A model generated the notes under the pieces. The model searched no databases and had not been told where the DNA came from. It saw only the letters and a list, made by a program, of their open reading frames with translations. A DNA stretch of 44,831 bases from Octopus bimaculoides. Taxonomy: Eukaryota. Position 1 is the stretch's first letter; the number at the start of each line of letters is the position of its first letter. The stretch lies in contig NC_068993.1 of the NCBI RefSeq assembly GCF_001194135.2, positions 6,363,574 to 6,408,404 on the forward strand, in the 5' to 3' direction. Made by a program: the position numbers and the translations under genes. This document shows positions 25,111 through 36,070 of this stretch, piece by piece.

Positions 25111-25930
25111 GAGCTAGAACATCTGAAACGACTGCCGAAGACAAAGGATCCTCGCTAAATCGTAAAGAACTCTAAGTTATGTACAGTCACAACACTTCTT
25201 TGGGCAAAATAAAACGACTCTTTTTCAGGCCAAAACTTCTGGGAGACAAACAGATCTTGTGATGATCTGGAGTTGAGAGCACATGAACGTTGACGAGGTC
25301 ACGAATGGTGAGGAAAGGACTCTGACTGATCTAGCTGATAAACTGAACAATTAATCAATTGATTGGTTGAATGCTAACTAGTTGACAAATAATAAAATCG
25401 AAATAGAACCAATGCGTTTATTATTGACATGATGGCTATCTCAAGATATAATACAATCTGTTTTAACAAAAAATATATATTGGAGTGCAAAGAGTAATTA
25501 AAGAATATGTGGATACTGTTAAGATACTGTGACATAATCTCTGACTATTAATATATTGTCCATTCCTATTAATATTATTGTCAGTGTATAGTAGTAGAAG
25601 TAGTATTTCCTTTTTATGAACCAACCGCAACCACCTTAACTGTTTTCGCTTTAAGGCATAATGAGTTAGATTAAATATTTTAGCAAAACAAGTCTTTATC
25701 TAAAAAAACATTATTTAACTACCCTCATGAATTCAAATTTATACAAATATTCAACAAAGAGGTGTTGAAACATTTTTTTCTAATTTGTAATGCTTGTTGT
25801 TACTCGAATCGAATATTATCGAAAGAATTGATCACTGAAACAGACAAGACAAAATCAGCATTTATTTAAATTAGATCACTATCCTACGGGACGATCGAAG
25901 TAATATTTTGTATTTTATATATATATATAT

Positions 25931-25965
25931 GCTAGGTCTGATCAATAAGTACCCGGACTGTTGCC
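25931..25965 (+). mobile_element. Isolated mariner-like TIR fragment
   Basis: aggtctgatcaataagtacccggactg after a TA tract resembles mariner termini; recognised by eye only. Confidence 0.35.
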
Positions 25966-26009
25966 AGGTATATATATATAAAGTATAGACACACTCACCT
26001 TTTAATACC

Positions 26010-26326
26010 CGTTACAGTCGTCTGATTATGGCCATGCTAGGGTATCGCGCCTTGAAGAATTTTTAGTCGAATAAATCGATCCCAGTACCTATTTTGAAGC
26101 CTGGTACTAATCCTGTCGGTTCTTTTTGCCGAACCGCTAAGTTAGGGCGTTTAAGCACACTAACAAGCGGTGGTGAACGAGACTCACACACACTCACACA
26201 CGACGGGATTCTTTCAGTTTCCGTCTACTAAATCCACTCACAATGCTTTGGTCGGTTCGAGCCTATTAAATGTAGTGTAGTGGGAATGAACCTGGAACCA
26301 TGTGGCTGGGAAGCAAATTTTTTGCC
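26010..26326 (-). mobile_element. SINE family A, degenerate
   Basis: ggccatgctag..., gccgaaccgctaagtt, ctttcagtttccgtctac, gaacctggaaccatgtgg. Confidence 0.8.
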
Positions 26327-26858
26327 GCGCGCGCGCGTGTGTGTGTGTGTGTTGATACACAATAACAATTCTGAAACATCTCTTAATTTCGATGATGCTT
26401 ACTTTGTTTACAGCATCCGGTTACATTTTTTTTCTTTGAACCTTGTAACCAATTCTAAAAGTGTTGCTGTTGCGGTTGTGGTTCATGTAATAGATGTAGT
26501 ATTTACTATTTGTTGTCTAACTGAAATGAATTAACGAATGAATTAATGAATTTATAATACGCAAGGCTTCGCTAGAAGTAATATCGAAAGCAAGACGACA
26601 GTTGCAAAAATATTCAGCTGTCATTAAAACATGAAAACCAGACACTGTATAATTAATACGCTTAGGTTTTCATTTGCGCATGAATGTGTGTGTGTGTAGG
26701 TATGTATACGTACGTATATATATGTTTGTACATATGTTTTTGTATATGTGTACGTATACGTATGCATTGCTTAATTTTTGGTATGCATGAATACGTACGT
26801 CTCCGTGCTCAAATGGGGATATGTGTTGAGTAAATATCAGTTGCCATTATATATAATA

Positions 26859-26902
<44 letters not shown>

Positions 26903-28231
26903 CTCGAAACACCATTAAAACAGTCAGACACTGCATAATTAATAAGCTTAGATTTCCAGCTTATATATACATGTATATATATTCATAATCATATGCATAC
27001 GTATTGTATGCGCTTGTGTGTGTATTTTGTGTACATATGTATATACATGTATGTTTTTTGTACGTAATATATATTTATATAAAGGATATCAGCCATTCGA
27101 GTGTTTGTGTGTGTGCATGCATACATACGTATGTATATATACATAAACTTGCTTTTGTTAATGCACTTCGATAAATATATAAATTTTTTGAAAGTCAATC
27201 GCGTGGTGTGTTCACGCTGATAAAATCTTCCTATTGAACTGGAAAGTCCCACCAACGCCAAATGTGCAGTCCACATAGCCAGTTGTGCTCTCTTTCCCAT
27301 TCTACTTTCTTTCAACTTTCCCTACAATTAAACTTCACTATGCACAGCAACAGCGACGCCATACATATATCAATACCTCTGTCTGATAACACAACAAGAT
27401 TTGAACACGGAACTTTACAGGACATGGCTAAATACTGCAACACAATTTTACTGACGTTCAACTACCCCGACCAATTATTTTTCCCCTTTCACCAACTTAA
27501 TATCAATGGCTGGTCACGTGGTTTTAACTTTCATTAGAGTTAATTGATCTATCAGTAATAAGCGAAAATGATACCGCTTTCTCTTCTCTTCATTTCGATA
27601 TCACAACATATCAAAATAATAAAACAATATAAAACAAATACATAAGCATCATAAAATTAATAAAATAAAATATATAATATAAAAACGTAATAAAAAAAAT
27701 GATATCATCTCTGGATTTGACTCCAGGTTACTTAAATAACACTGAAATATTTTATATTAATTTCACTTTATATTAATGCTAAACATTATGGGAAAACCCA
27801 TAAATCTATGCTGCTATTTTAATTAAATTAATATGAGATTTAATTGGTCTGTAATCATATATTTATTAAATCTTCAGGTGATCTCTTAAACTGATTAAAT
27901 AATTTCGCATTTCCTTTTATTGTGTGCACACACACGTGTGTGTGTGTGTGTGTTACATATGCGCGGGGTGGCTATATTCGTTTATATGGCTTCTCTTTTA
28001 TATAGCTCGTCTGTTCATTATTTATGCATATATTTTATTTGATCACCGTGTGTCACTACAAAAGTCTTCATTATGTTGCAGCAATGATTTTTGTACAATT
28101 CTTCTGCAGGTGAATAGTAAAACACTTCAAAAGAATGTTGTTGTATTCTATTCCACTGAGGAACACAATATATTGAGTCGCGTCTCATTTATGGAGTAAT
28201 CTTTCTCTCTCTCCCTCTCTCTCTTTCTCTA

Positions 28232-28262
<31 letters not shown>

Positions 28263-28563
28263 TGATATTTGTGTGTGTCTGTATAAAGGCGGTGGCTACT
28301 GCAGAATATTGAAATGTGTCTTTGTCTCTCACTCCCTTTAATTCTCTGTATAAAGTATGTATCTGCATACACTCTTGCGTGTGTGTGTGTGTGTGTGTAT
28401 ACGTATACACTGTTATATATATGTGTATGTTTGTATGTGTGTTTGTATGTATGTATGTGCATGTGTATGTATGTGTATGTGTGTAGTTATGCATGTGTAT
28501 GTATGTGTGTATGTATGTATGTGTGTGTGTATGTGTGTGTGTATGTATGTGTGCGTGTATATA

Positions 28564-28622
<59 letters not shown>

Positions 28623-29498
28623 CACACTGTTATATATGTATATATTTATGTTGAGGTGTCATCATTAACTTATCCACTGTTGTTGTAGCTTAACCGTAAG
28701 TCATCACTGATTGTAGAAAACCAGCAATAAAAGCTAATCCAGACTAAATTACCATGTTCAAACCGTGTGCCATTCCTTTGTGTATGGTTGTGTATCTACA
28801 TTTAAGGATCCAGGGTAATTTGAGGTAGGTTTGGCTGGTGTTTCTAGCAAGTGGAGCGATCGCATACAGTCCCTCTCCGTTATTAGAGAGACAAAGAGAG
28901 AGTAGGCAGGGGGGGCTCGACAGTTTTGCTAATATCCAGATCTGCTGTATTGCTTCTATCAAAGTTTTCCAAGTGAAGATCCCACTGGTGGATAACATAG
29001 GGGTGTAGGTCATTAATGGATTTGATTTTAACAAAACCGTAGTAGTAGTAGTAGTAGTAGTAGTAGTACAAAGAGACAGAATCAAGGTGTTGGAGGATGT
29101 CTTTATTAATGGCAGTTCAATTTCCTTACATTATTGTAAACCTATGTACATTCGACGAAATAGTGTCGTACTTCTATGTCTCCCCTCTAATATTTTGTAT
29201 CATGACGTTTGCAATATTCTTACTTACACTGAAATTTCTGTATTACATTGATTGTCTGAAGTGCATCCTACTGCTTATGTCGTTGTGGTTTCATGTTGAT
29301 GTGAAGTCTTTCATTCGGGTGATTCTGAATATATTCTAATGATTAGTTGGTGATGGGAGCTATAATACATGTTGTGTTCCCTTTTATGAGTTTTGTAACG
29401 ATCTGTCCATCCATTCTACGACTAGAGTATTTTTGCTTTGTCTGGTAAAATCTTTGATATTTTATTTGTAATTGTGTGAGAGAATTTGTTCTTGTATT

Positions 29499-29730
29499 TA
29501 TTTACATTATTTATATTTGACGGGTATTTGTCCTCATCGTGTTTGTTGTTAGCACAACGTTTCGGCTGATATACCCTCCAGCCTTCATCAGGTGTCTTGG
29601 GGAAATTTCGAACCTGGGTTCTCATTCCTAAGGTATTTTTCGATGTTATTATTATTCAGGTCACTGCCTGGAATCGAACTCGGTATCTTGGGGTTAGTAG
29701 CCCGAGCTCTTAACCATTACGTCATATGCC
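29499..29730 (-). mobile_element. SINE family C, full-length: tRNA-like head, body and hammerhead-containing PLE-like tail
   Basis: Reverse complement GGCATATGACGTAATGGTTAAG (A box)...CCGAGTTCGATTCC (B box)...(AAT)n...GACACCTGATGAAGGCTG...CAGCCGAAACGTTGTGC...tail; possible 6-nt TSD tgtatt at 29493-29498 and 29731-29736 (low complexity). Confidence 0.9.
29551..29597 (-). ncRNA. Minimal type I hammerhead ribozyme motif
   Basis: Stem I GACAC/GUGCU (GUGUU in other copies); core CUGAUGA at 29591-29585; extra A; stem II GGCUG/CAGCC; GAAA at 29563-29560; palindromic (A)ACGU(U) stem III; GUU cleavage triplet with predicted cut between 29556 and 29555. Confidence 0.75.
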
Positions 29731-29914
29731 TGTATTGTTCTTGTATTGTTCTAATCTAACCGTTATTAAACAAATCTTTGTTTCACTCTTAATATTTTCT
29801 TATTGAAAGCTTTTTACAGGATGAAAATTTAAAAGCTTGTTAGAAAGGATTTGGCTACAGACGTTTTATGTATCTAAGGAGACTACAGACATTTAATATT
29901 TATAATATATTGTG

Positions 29915-30097
29915 ACACTCCGTCGGTTACGACGACGAGGGTTCCAGTTGATCCGATCAACGGAACAACCTGCTCATGAAATAAACGTGCAAGTGGCTGA
30001 GCACTCCACATACACGTGTACTGGTAACGTAGTTATCGGGGAGATTCAGCGTGACACAGAATGTGACAAGGCTGACCCTTTGAAATGCAGGTACAAC
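29915..30097 (-). mobile_element. SINE family D 3' part
   Basis: gacaaggctgaccctttgaaatgcaggtacaac overlaps the family D copy at 33728-33902; the tail ends ...gtcgtaaccgacggagtgtc on the minus strand. Confidence 0.75.
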
Positions 30098-30341
30098 AGA
30101 AACAGGAAAAAAGAGTGAGAGAAAGTTGTGGTGAAAGAGTAAAAACGAGTTCGAATTAAACAATCAAAGCATGCTGTCTACGTCTGTACACACCTTACCT
30201 ACAATTATTTCTATACTTTTTACACAAGAACGTAAATAAAAGATTTTCTACATCCATGTTGAAAATGTTACCAACTTGAATGGTTTCCTGTAAAATTTCT
30301 CTTTCACCAACACTACATTTTATCACCCTGGTATGTGTGTG

Positions 30342-30382
<41 letters not shown>

Positions 30383-30419
30383 TTAGTTGCTTAGCGATTC
30401 TGTGAGTATGTGTATTGAT

Positions 30420-30656
30420 TTCGAAGATTATAGATCAGAGGGGAGTGACGTTTCCTTGGAGTCCTTTCGGTGCCATGGATGTATCCTAAGCTAAATGTTT
30501 CAATGTATTGGAAAGAATCAGATCCGATTTGAGCATTTGCACTGATTAAGTTTACATTTTAGTGGTGCTGTTTTGTGTCTTGTTATTTTGACGAATTTGC
30601 TGTTGTTATCGTAGAGTATAATGCCGATTTTGCTAATGTCTTCGTTTTTTGTTCTA
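30420..30656 (-). pseudogene. Penelope-like element RT fragment, minus strand
   Basis: KNEDISKIGIILYDNNSKFVKITRHKTAPLKCKLN, then GYIHGT and NVTPL*SII; resembles PLE (N)KxDYIxKMxxILxDxxKFxKI...YGxxKxHK...PLRPII. Confidence 0.7.
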
Positions 30657-30726
30657 GATAACAAAAAAAAAAAAAAAGAATTGCTCTTATCGATTTTATA
30701 TATTACAATTTTATCGTTATTTTTCA

Positions 30727-31010
30727 GATCCTGGAGAGTTAGTTATTGTAATATGTAATAGCGATAAGAGAAATCTGTTTGTTATTTTGAACAAAGAATA
30801 CATTACAAAAGGGGAATAAAATAACAATATTTTCTATGATAACAGAAAATTTGTGAAAATTAGAAAACTCAAAAAACTAAAATTTAAAGTCGATAAATAA
30901 GTAAATTACTGTTGCTAATTCTCAAACGGGAGGCATTTCCTTTCGAAATACATAGTCTAACTCAGCACATATTTATGGCACCATGAAGACTCACAAGTCA
31001 GACATCTTGA
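30727..31010 (+). pseudogene. Penelope-like element RT fragment, plus strand
   Basis: DPGELVIVICNSDKRNLFVILNKEYITKGE*NNNIFYDNRKFVKI (compare IVIxKADKGNxVVILNKxDYIxK); after a frameshift, SNSAHIYGTMKTHKSDI at 30956-31006 (compare RIYGLPKxHKPDI). Confidence 0.8.
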
Positions 31011-31134
31011 TTACATCTTAAAGAAGTAAACGCCATAGAAGTATAGAATATGATGAGAGGAAGAATTGCAAGAAATTTTATGCGAAACCGACAAAGTTGG
31101 CGGCATTTCTACCATGGATGTAGAAAGTAGTCTT

Positions 31135-31493
31135 ACTTATCTTTTACGTGAACTGTGACCATGCTGGGGCACCGTCTTGAAGGGTTTTGCTAAAAAAAAT
31201 CACCCACCCACCCAATGCATATATTTTCAAAGTCTGGTATTTATTCTATCGCTTTCCATTGTTGAACTTATAAGTTACGGAGACGTAAACAAACCAACAC
31301 CACTTGTCAATCGGTAGGAAGGACACACACACACACGCACATATATACACTTTACATACTATAAAGGCAAAAGTAAATCTGCCTTCAACTCAGTCACGCA
31401 CCTATGTTTCGCTTATTGTTTGTGTGTTTTACTGCATAAATGTCGCGAACTCACTACCCTGAGTAATTACTGATGACACGTTCCTTATATATT

Positions 31494-31524
<31 letters not shown>

Positions 31525-31665
31525 TACACACACACACACACACACGAGACGCACACTTATATATTAGGAGACACAAACCCAAGGTGTCACGCAGTGGGAC
31601 CGAACCTAAAACCAATCGGTTCCAAAAGGAGCTTCTTAACCGCTCACCCAGCCGTGCCTGCGCTT
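31135..31665 (-). mobile_element. SINE family A, degenerate, split by about 240 nt of internal microsatellite/other sequence
   Basis: Tail gaccatgctggggcaccg...; head cccaaggtgtcacgcagtgggaccgaac...gcctgcgctt. Confidence 0.7.
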
Positions 31666-32062
31666 ATAGGGTTAATTAAAGAAAATTCGATGACTTTGAC
31701 TAAATGTATGATAATCCTTCTTTTTCCCAAAATTTCTTTTCCGTCAACTAAAGTGATTATTTTAGAATCAGGGTTTGATTGATTGATTTTCATATTTTAA
31801 ATCTTTTTAATCAAATTTCTTTTTCTCTTCTATCGATTTCATGCTGTTTAATTTTAATTCTTATTTCCATATTTATACCTTCTTAAAAACGGTTATATTT
31901 CTATATCGATTTCTCCATCACTTTTTCTCCCCCTCTGTTCCCTCTCATAAATACGTTTTCTAATGAAATGAAACCCCTTGAATTCATTTCGCGAATCCAC
32001 AAATATCTAGAATACAAATTCTCTAAGACAACTGTGTTGAGTAAACGTTATACTTTTCTTTT

Positions 32063-32215
32063 AGGTGCAGGTATAGCTGGGTGGTCAGAAGTTTGTTTCC
32101 CGACCACATGATTCCAGATTCAGACCCACAGCCTGGTATCTTGAATTAGGGTCTTCTTCTATAGCACAGGACCGAACAGAGCCTTGTGAATGGATTTGGT
32201 AGACAGAAACTAAAA

Positions 32216-32248
<33 letters not shown>

Positions 32249-32487
32249 ACACTCACTCACTCATTCACTCACTCACTCACACACACACACACGTGTCTGT
32301 ACCTCACCATTTGGCAACCGGTGTTGGTTCGTTTACGTCCCCGTGACTTAGAAGTTCGACAAAGATAGAATAAGCGAACCAGATTTAAAATTAAAGTACC
32401 GGGGTCGACTTGTTTGACAAAACCCTTCAATGCGGTGCCCCAACATGGCCGCAATCCAATGACTGAAGCAAGTAAACAGTAAAAGAC
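32063..32487 (+). mobile_element. SINE family A, full-length, diverged
   Basis: aggtgcaggtatagctgggtggtcag head through gcggtgccccaacatggccgcaatccaatgactgaagcaagtaaa tail. Confidence 0.85.
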
Positions 32488-32587
32488 AAATCTAAGAAAA
32501 GTTATCACCCTTTCTACACGAGTTTAAATAGTGATTTAAAGTACTAAGCTGTTTGTATTTATTAGTTTTGTTGCCGTTTATAATTCC

Positions 32588-32800
32588 TTTTCTACTCTAG
32601 GCACAAGGCTCGAAATTTTGGGGGAGGAACCCAGTCGATTAGATCTACCCCAGTACGCAACTGGTACTTAATTTATCGACCCCGAAAGGATGAAAGGCAA
32701 AGTCGACCTCGGCGGAATTTGAACTCAGAACGTAAAGTCAGACGAAATACCGCTAAGCATTTCGCCCGGCGTGCTAACGTTTCTGCCAGCTCACCGCTTT
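32588..32800 (-). mobile_element. SINE family B, full-length, well-preserved, with TSD
   Basis: Reverse complement gcggtgagctggcagaaacgttagc...gttctgagttcaaattcc...; flanked by ttgccgtttataattcc (32571-32587) and tggccggttataattcc (32801-32817), 15/17 identical. Confidence 0.92.
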
Positions 32801-33584
32801 TGGCCGGTTATAATTCCGCCCGAAGAAAAATAAGTAAATATTATTTTAAAGAAAACAATTCGAAAGATAAATTTATCTCCCATTTCCACTGAACTCTCTA
32901 AGTGGTAAGTTAGTTTAATGAATATCAAATGGGTTGAAAATAATATTTGCTCTCTGAATGTATGTGCACGTTTCTTTTTCTATTTAATCAAATAGATTTT
33001 TCTCTAAACGAATCGAGATCTTAAGGGGTTCCCCTCCTCTCTCTCTCTCTCACCCATAATTCATCATCATTTTCTCCACTCAGTTTCTCCATCAATACTA
33101 CTATCAATCATTCTATTGATCTGAATATACAAAACACTGCTAAATAGCTACGCATAGTTTATCATCACTTTTTTTTATATTGACATCTACAAATATTATC
33201 TAAACAATAGACTTACTTTTTCAATCCTTTCATGATAGATTAACCAATTGGTATATGACCGAAAAATATACTTCCTTGACCCCTAACTTCCATCTTGGAC
33301 CCCTTTGATTACTTTTCTATTCTGGTGGCGCCCCATAACCAATCGATGTTTAAAAACTAGTTTTATTGATTCTTCTTTCGAAATTCCTATTTCTTTTTCA
33401 CACATTTACTTGTGCAGGCTAAACTATGTGAAATGCTAGAGAAAGAAATCTTGCTGTTCCTTGGAATGAATACATCTAAAGCAACATTTTTCCACTGACC
33501 CTTAGAACAGTACAGTGGATCCGCAATTTACTTCCATGTCTCTAAGACATCTAATTTTGTTGACTTACCGTTTTACATTTTTTT

Positions 33585-33697
33585 AGGCGCAGGTGTGGCT
33601 GTTTGGTAAGAAGTTAACTTCCCAACCACATGGTTCCGAATTCAGTCCCACTGCATGGCACCTTGGGCAAGTGTCTTCTACTATAGCCTCGGGTCGA
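33585..33697 (+). mobile_element. SINE family A head, cut by N gap
   Basis: aggcgcaggtgtggctgtttggtaag...ggcaccttgggcaagtgtcttctactatagcc. Confidence 0.9.
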
Positions 33698-33727
33698 NNN
33701 NNNNNNNAAGCCCAGAGACACACCCAG

Positions 33728-33902
33728 TTTGACAAAGCTGACCCTTTGAAATACAGGTACAACTCATTTTTGACAGCTGAGTGGACTGGAGCAACGGGAA
33801 ATAAAGTGTCTTGCTCAAGTGCACAGCGAGCCACTGGGAATCGAACTCGCGACCTTACAATAGTGAGCCGAACACCCCTACCACTAAGTCACAGGCCTTC
33901 AC
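33728..33902 (-). mobile_element. SINE family D 5' half
   Basis: Reverse complement gtgaaggcctgtgacttagtggtagggg...gcgagttcgattccc (A/B boxes), then CORE-like cttgagcaagacacttt. Confidence 0.85.
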
Positions 33903-34194
33903 ACTCTGACGTATATATATGCATGAACATAACACTGAAACCCACATATATACACATCAGTCAAGCATTCATGTACGCATATACACAATACTAAAGCGCA
34001 CACACATATATATACGCACATACACAGAATGAAATACATATAAAGACCAAACATAAAATAGAAGAAAACTCATTTGCGGCGAAATCATTGGAATGGCCTC
34101 AGTTGTCCAGGGAGTTAATTAATAATTAACTAAAATTCGAACCACAACCAGTGTGTGTGTGTATTTTTCTTCCCACACACTAACGTACACACAG

Positions 34195-34226
<32 letters not shown>

Positions 34227-34427
34227 TTAAACATATTTGTGTTAAGAGGAGAGAGAGGGAGTATATATGTGTGTATACATATGAAGACCTATACATCGGC
34301 TTTTTAACGAATGTGTATGTATGTATGTATGTATGTGTAAATGTATGCGTATATATATATATGTGTGTGTATATGTATGCGTATATGTGTATGTATATGT
34401 GTATATGCGTATATGTATATGCATAGA

Positions 34428-34474
<47 letters not shown>

Positions 34475-34823
34475 TAATGATGAGCATTCAAACAACATTT
34501 TCTATTACTTCGTAAATTCAGTAATAATATTATTAATTGTTACAGCTAATTAATATAAAATTTAAATTCAGATTGAATGAAGTAGTAATCAAGTATCGTA
34601 TTCTCTTAGGAATTACGAAACCCGATTAAAAGCGAAGTCAATGTAGATTAAGTAATGACATATGATTGAGTGGTTTCTTAACAAGTAGTTAGTTAATTAC
34701 TTTGAGTTAATCTCCTACAATATTTTTCATGGCACAATCGATAGAATTATTGCGGGAACAGTTTTAATCAGTTTTCTTGTTACCCCTTAAAAGCAACATT
34801 TTAGCTTATTGCCTACGTAAGGG

Positions 34824-34855
<32 letters not shown>

Positions 34856-34861
34856 GAAAAG

Positions 34862-35485
34862 TCGGCGAGCTGGCAGAATCGTTAGCGCGCCGGGCAAAAT
34901 GCTTAGCGATATTTCATCCGTCGTTACGATCTGAGTTCAAATTTCGCCGAGGTCGACTTTACCTTTCATCCTTTCGGGGTCGATAAATTAAGTACTGATT
35001 GAACACTGCGGTTGATGTAATCGACTCATCCCCCTCCTCCAAGTTGCTGCCCTCGTGGCAAAATTTGAAATCATTATTATTATTATTATTATTATTAATT
35101 AAGGCTGCGAGTTGGCAGAATCGTTAGCACTCTGGGCAAAATGCTAAGCGGTATTTCGCCCGTCGCTACGTTCTGAGTTCAAATTCCGCCGAGGTCGACT
35201 TTACCTTTCATCCTTTCGGGGTCGATAGATTAAGTAGCAGTTGAGTACTGAGGATCACTCTGATTGACTCATCCCATTTCCCAAAATGGCTACCTTTGTG
35301 GTAAACTTTGAAATTGTTATTATTATTATTATCTTTACATTCTGAGTTCACATTCCGCTGAGCTAAACTTTGCCTTCCATCCTTTCGAGGTCGATAAAGC
35401 AAGTAGGAACGTAGTGAGGGTGATGTAACTAACCTAATTTACCCCCGAAAATTGATGGCATTATTCCAAAATTATAAAGAATTAC
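34862..35485 (+). mobile_element. Head-to-tail array of three SINE family B copies separated by (ATT)n
   Basis: Copies at 34862-35070, 35102-35315 and 35332-35485 (5'-truncated); (ATT)n at 34824-34855, 35071-35097 and 35316-35331. Confidence 0.9.
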
Positions 35486-36070
35486 TATTTTTGCTTTCGT
35501 TGTTGTTGCTGTCGTATTTTATATGAAATAAATTATCTTTATTATATGTTTAGCTGTTTATTACTGTTTTGGATGACAGATAGTAATGTTATACTGAGAT
35601 AATTCATCACATAATTAATCATTCAAACCAATAACATGTTTTTCAGCCAACACCATCTCATAATTTTAGAATCAATAGCTTGTTTTCCAACGACGTGTGA
35701 AAGTTGTTTATAGTAAATAACATATATGCAGAAGTTATCTCACATGCAAAAATATATTTTGATATATAGCGGAATAATTTTAATGAGGAATAATAACAGT
35801 TTAACTTAGATAAAATGCTAAAGAAAACATTAACTCTGTGCGTATGTGTGTGTGTGTGGAACATAGAATTAATTTTAAGATATTTATAGACATACATAGA
35901 TAAGACGTACATAGATAAGATGTAAGACATACATAGATAAGATATTTAAAGGCATACATAGATAGACATACATAGATAAACAGGTAGTTAGGCTGGTATG
36001 TAAGCCGGTAGGTTGATATATAGGTAGATAGACTATTAGGCTGAAAGATGTATATACATTTATACATATA

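Noticed and set aside
25229-25307. Acceptor/donor-bounded segment
   Set aside because: Stops in all three frames.
27240-27420. Minus-strand YGVAVAVHSE resembling an AP-endonuclease motif
   Set aside because: Single short motif with no collinear support.
29510-29540. GATGAGGAC...GTCAAA in the SINE C tail as a second hammerhead
   Set aside because: Lacks the CU of the core and the G of GAAA in all copies.
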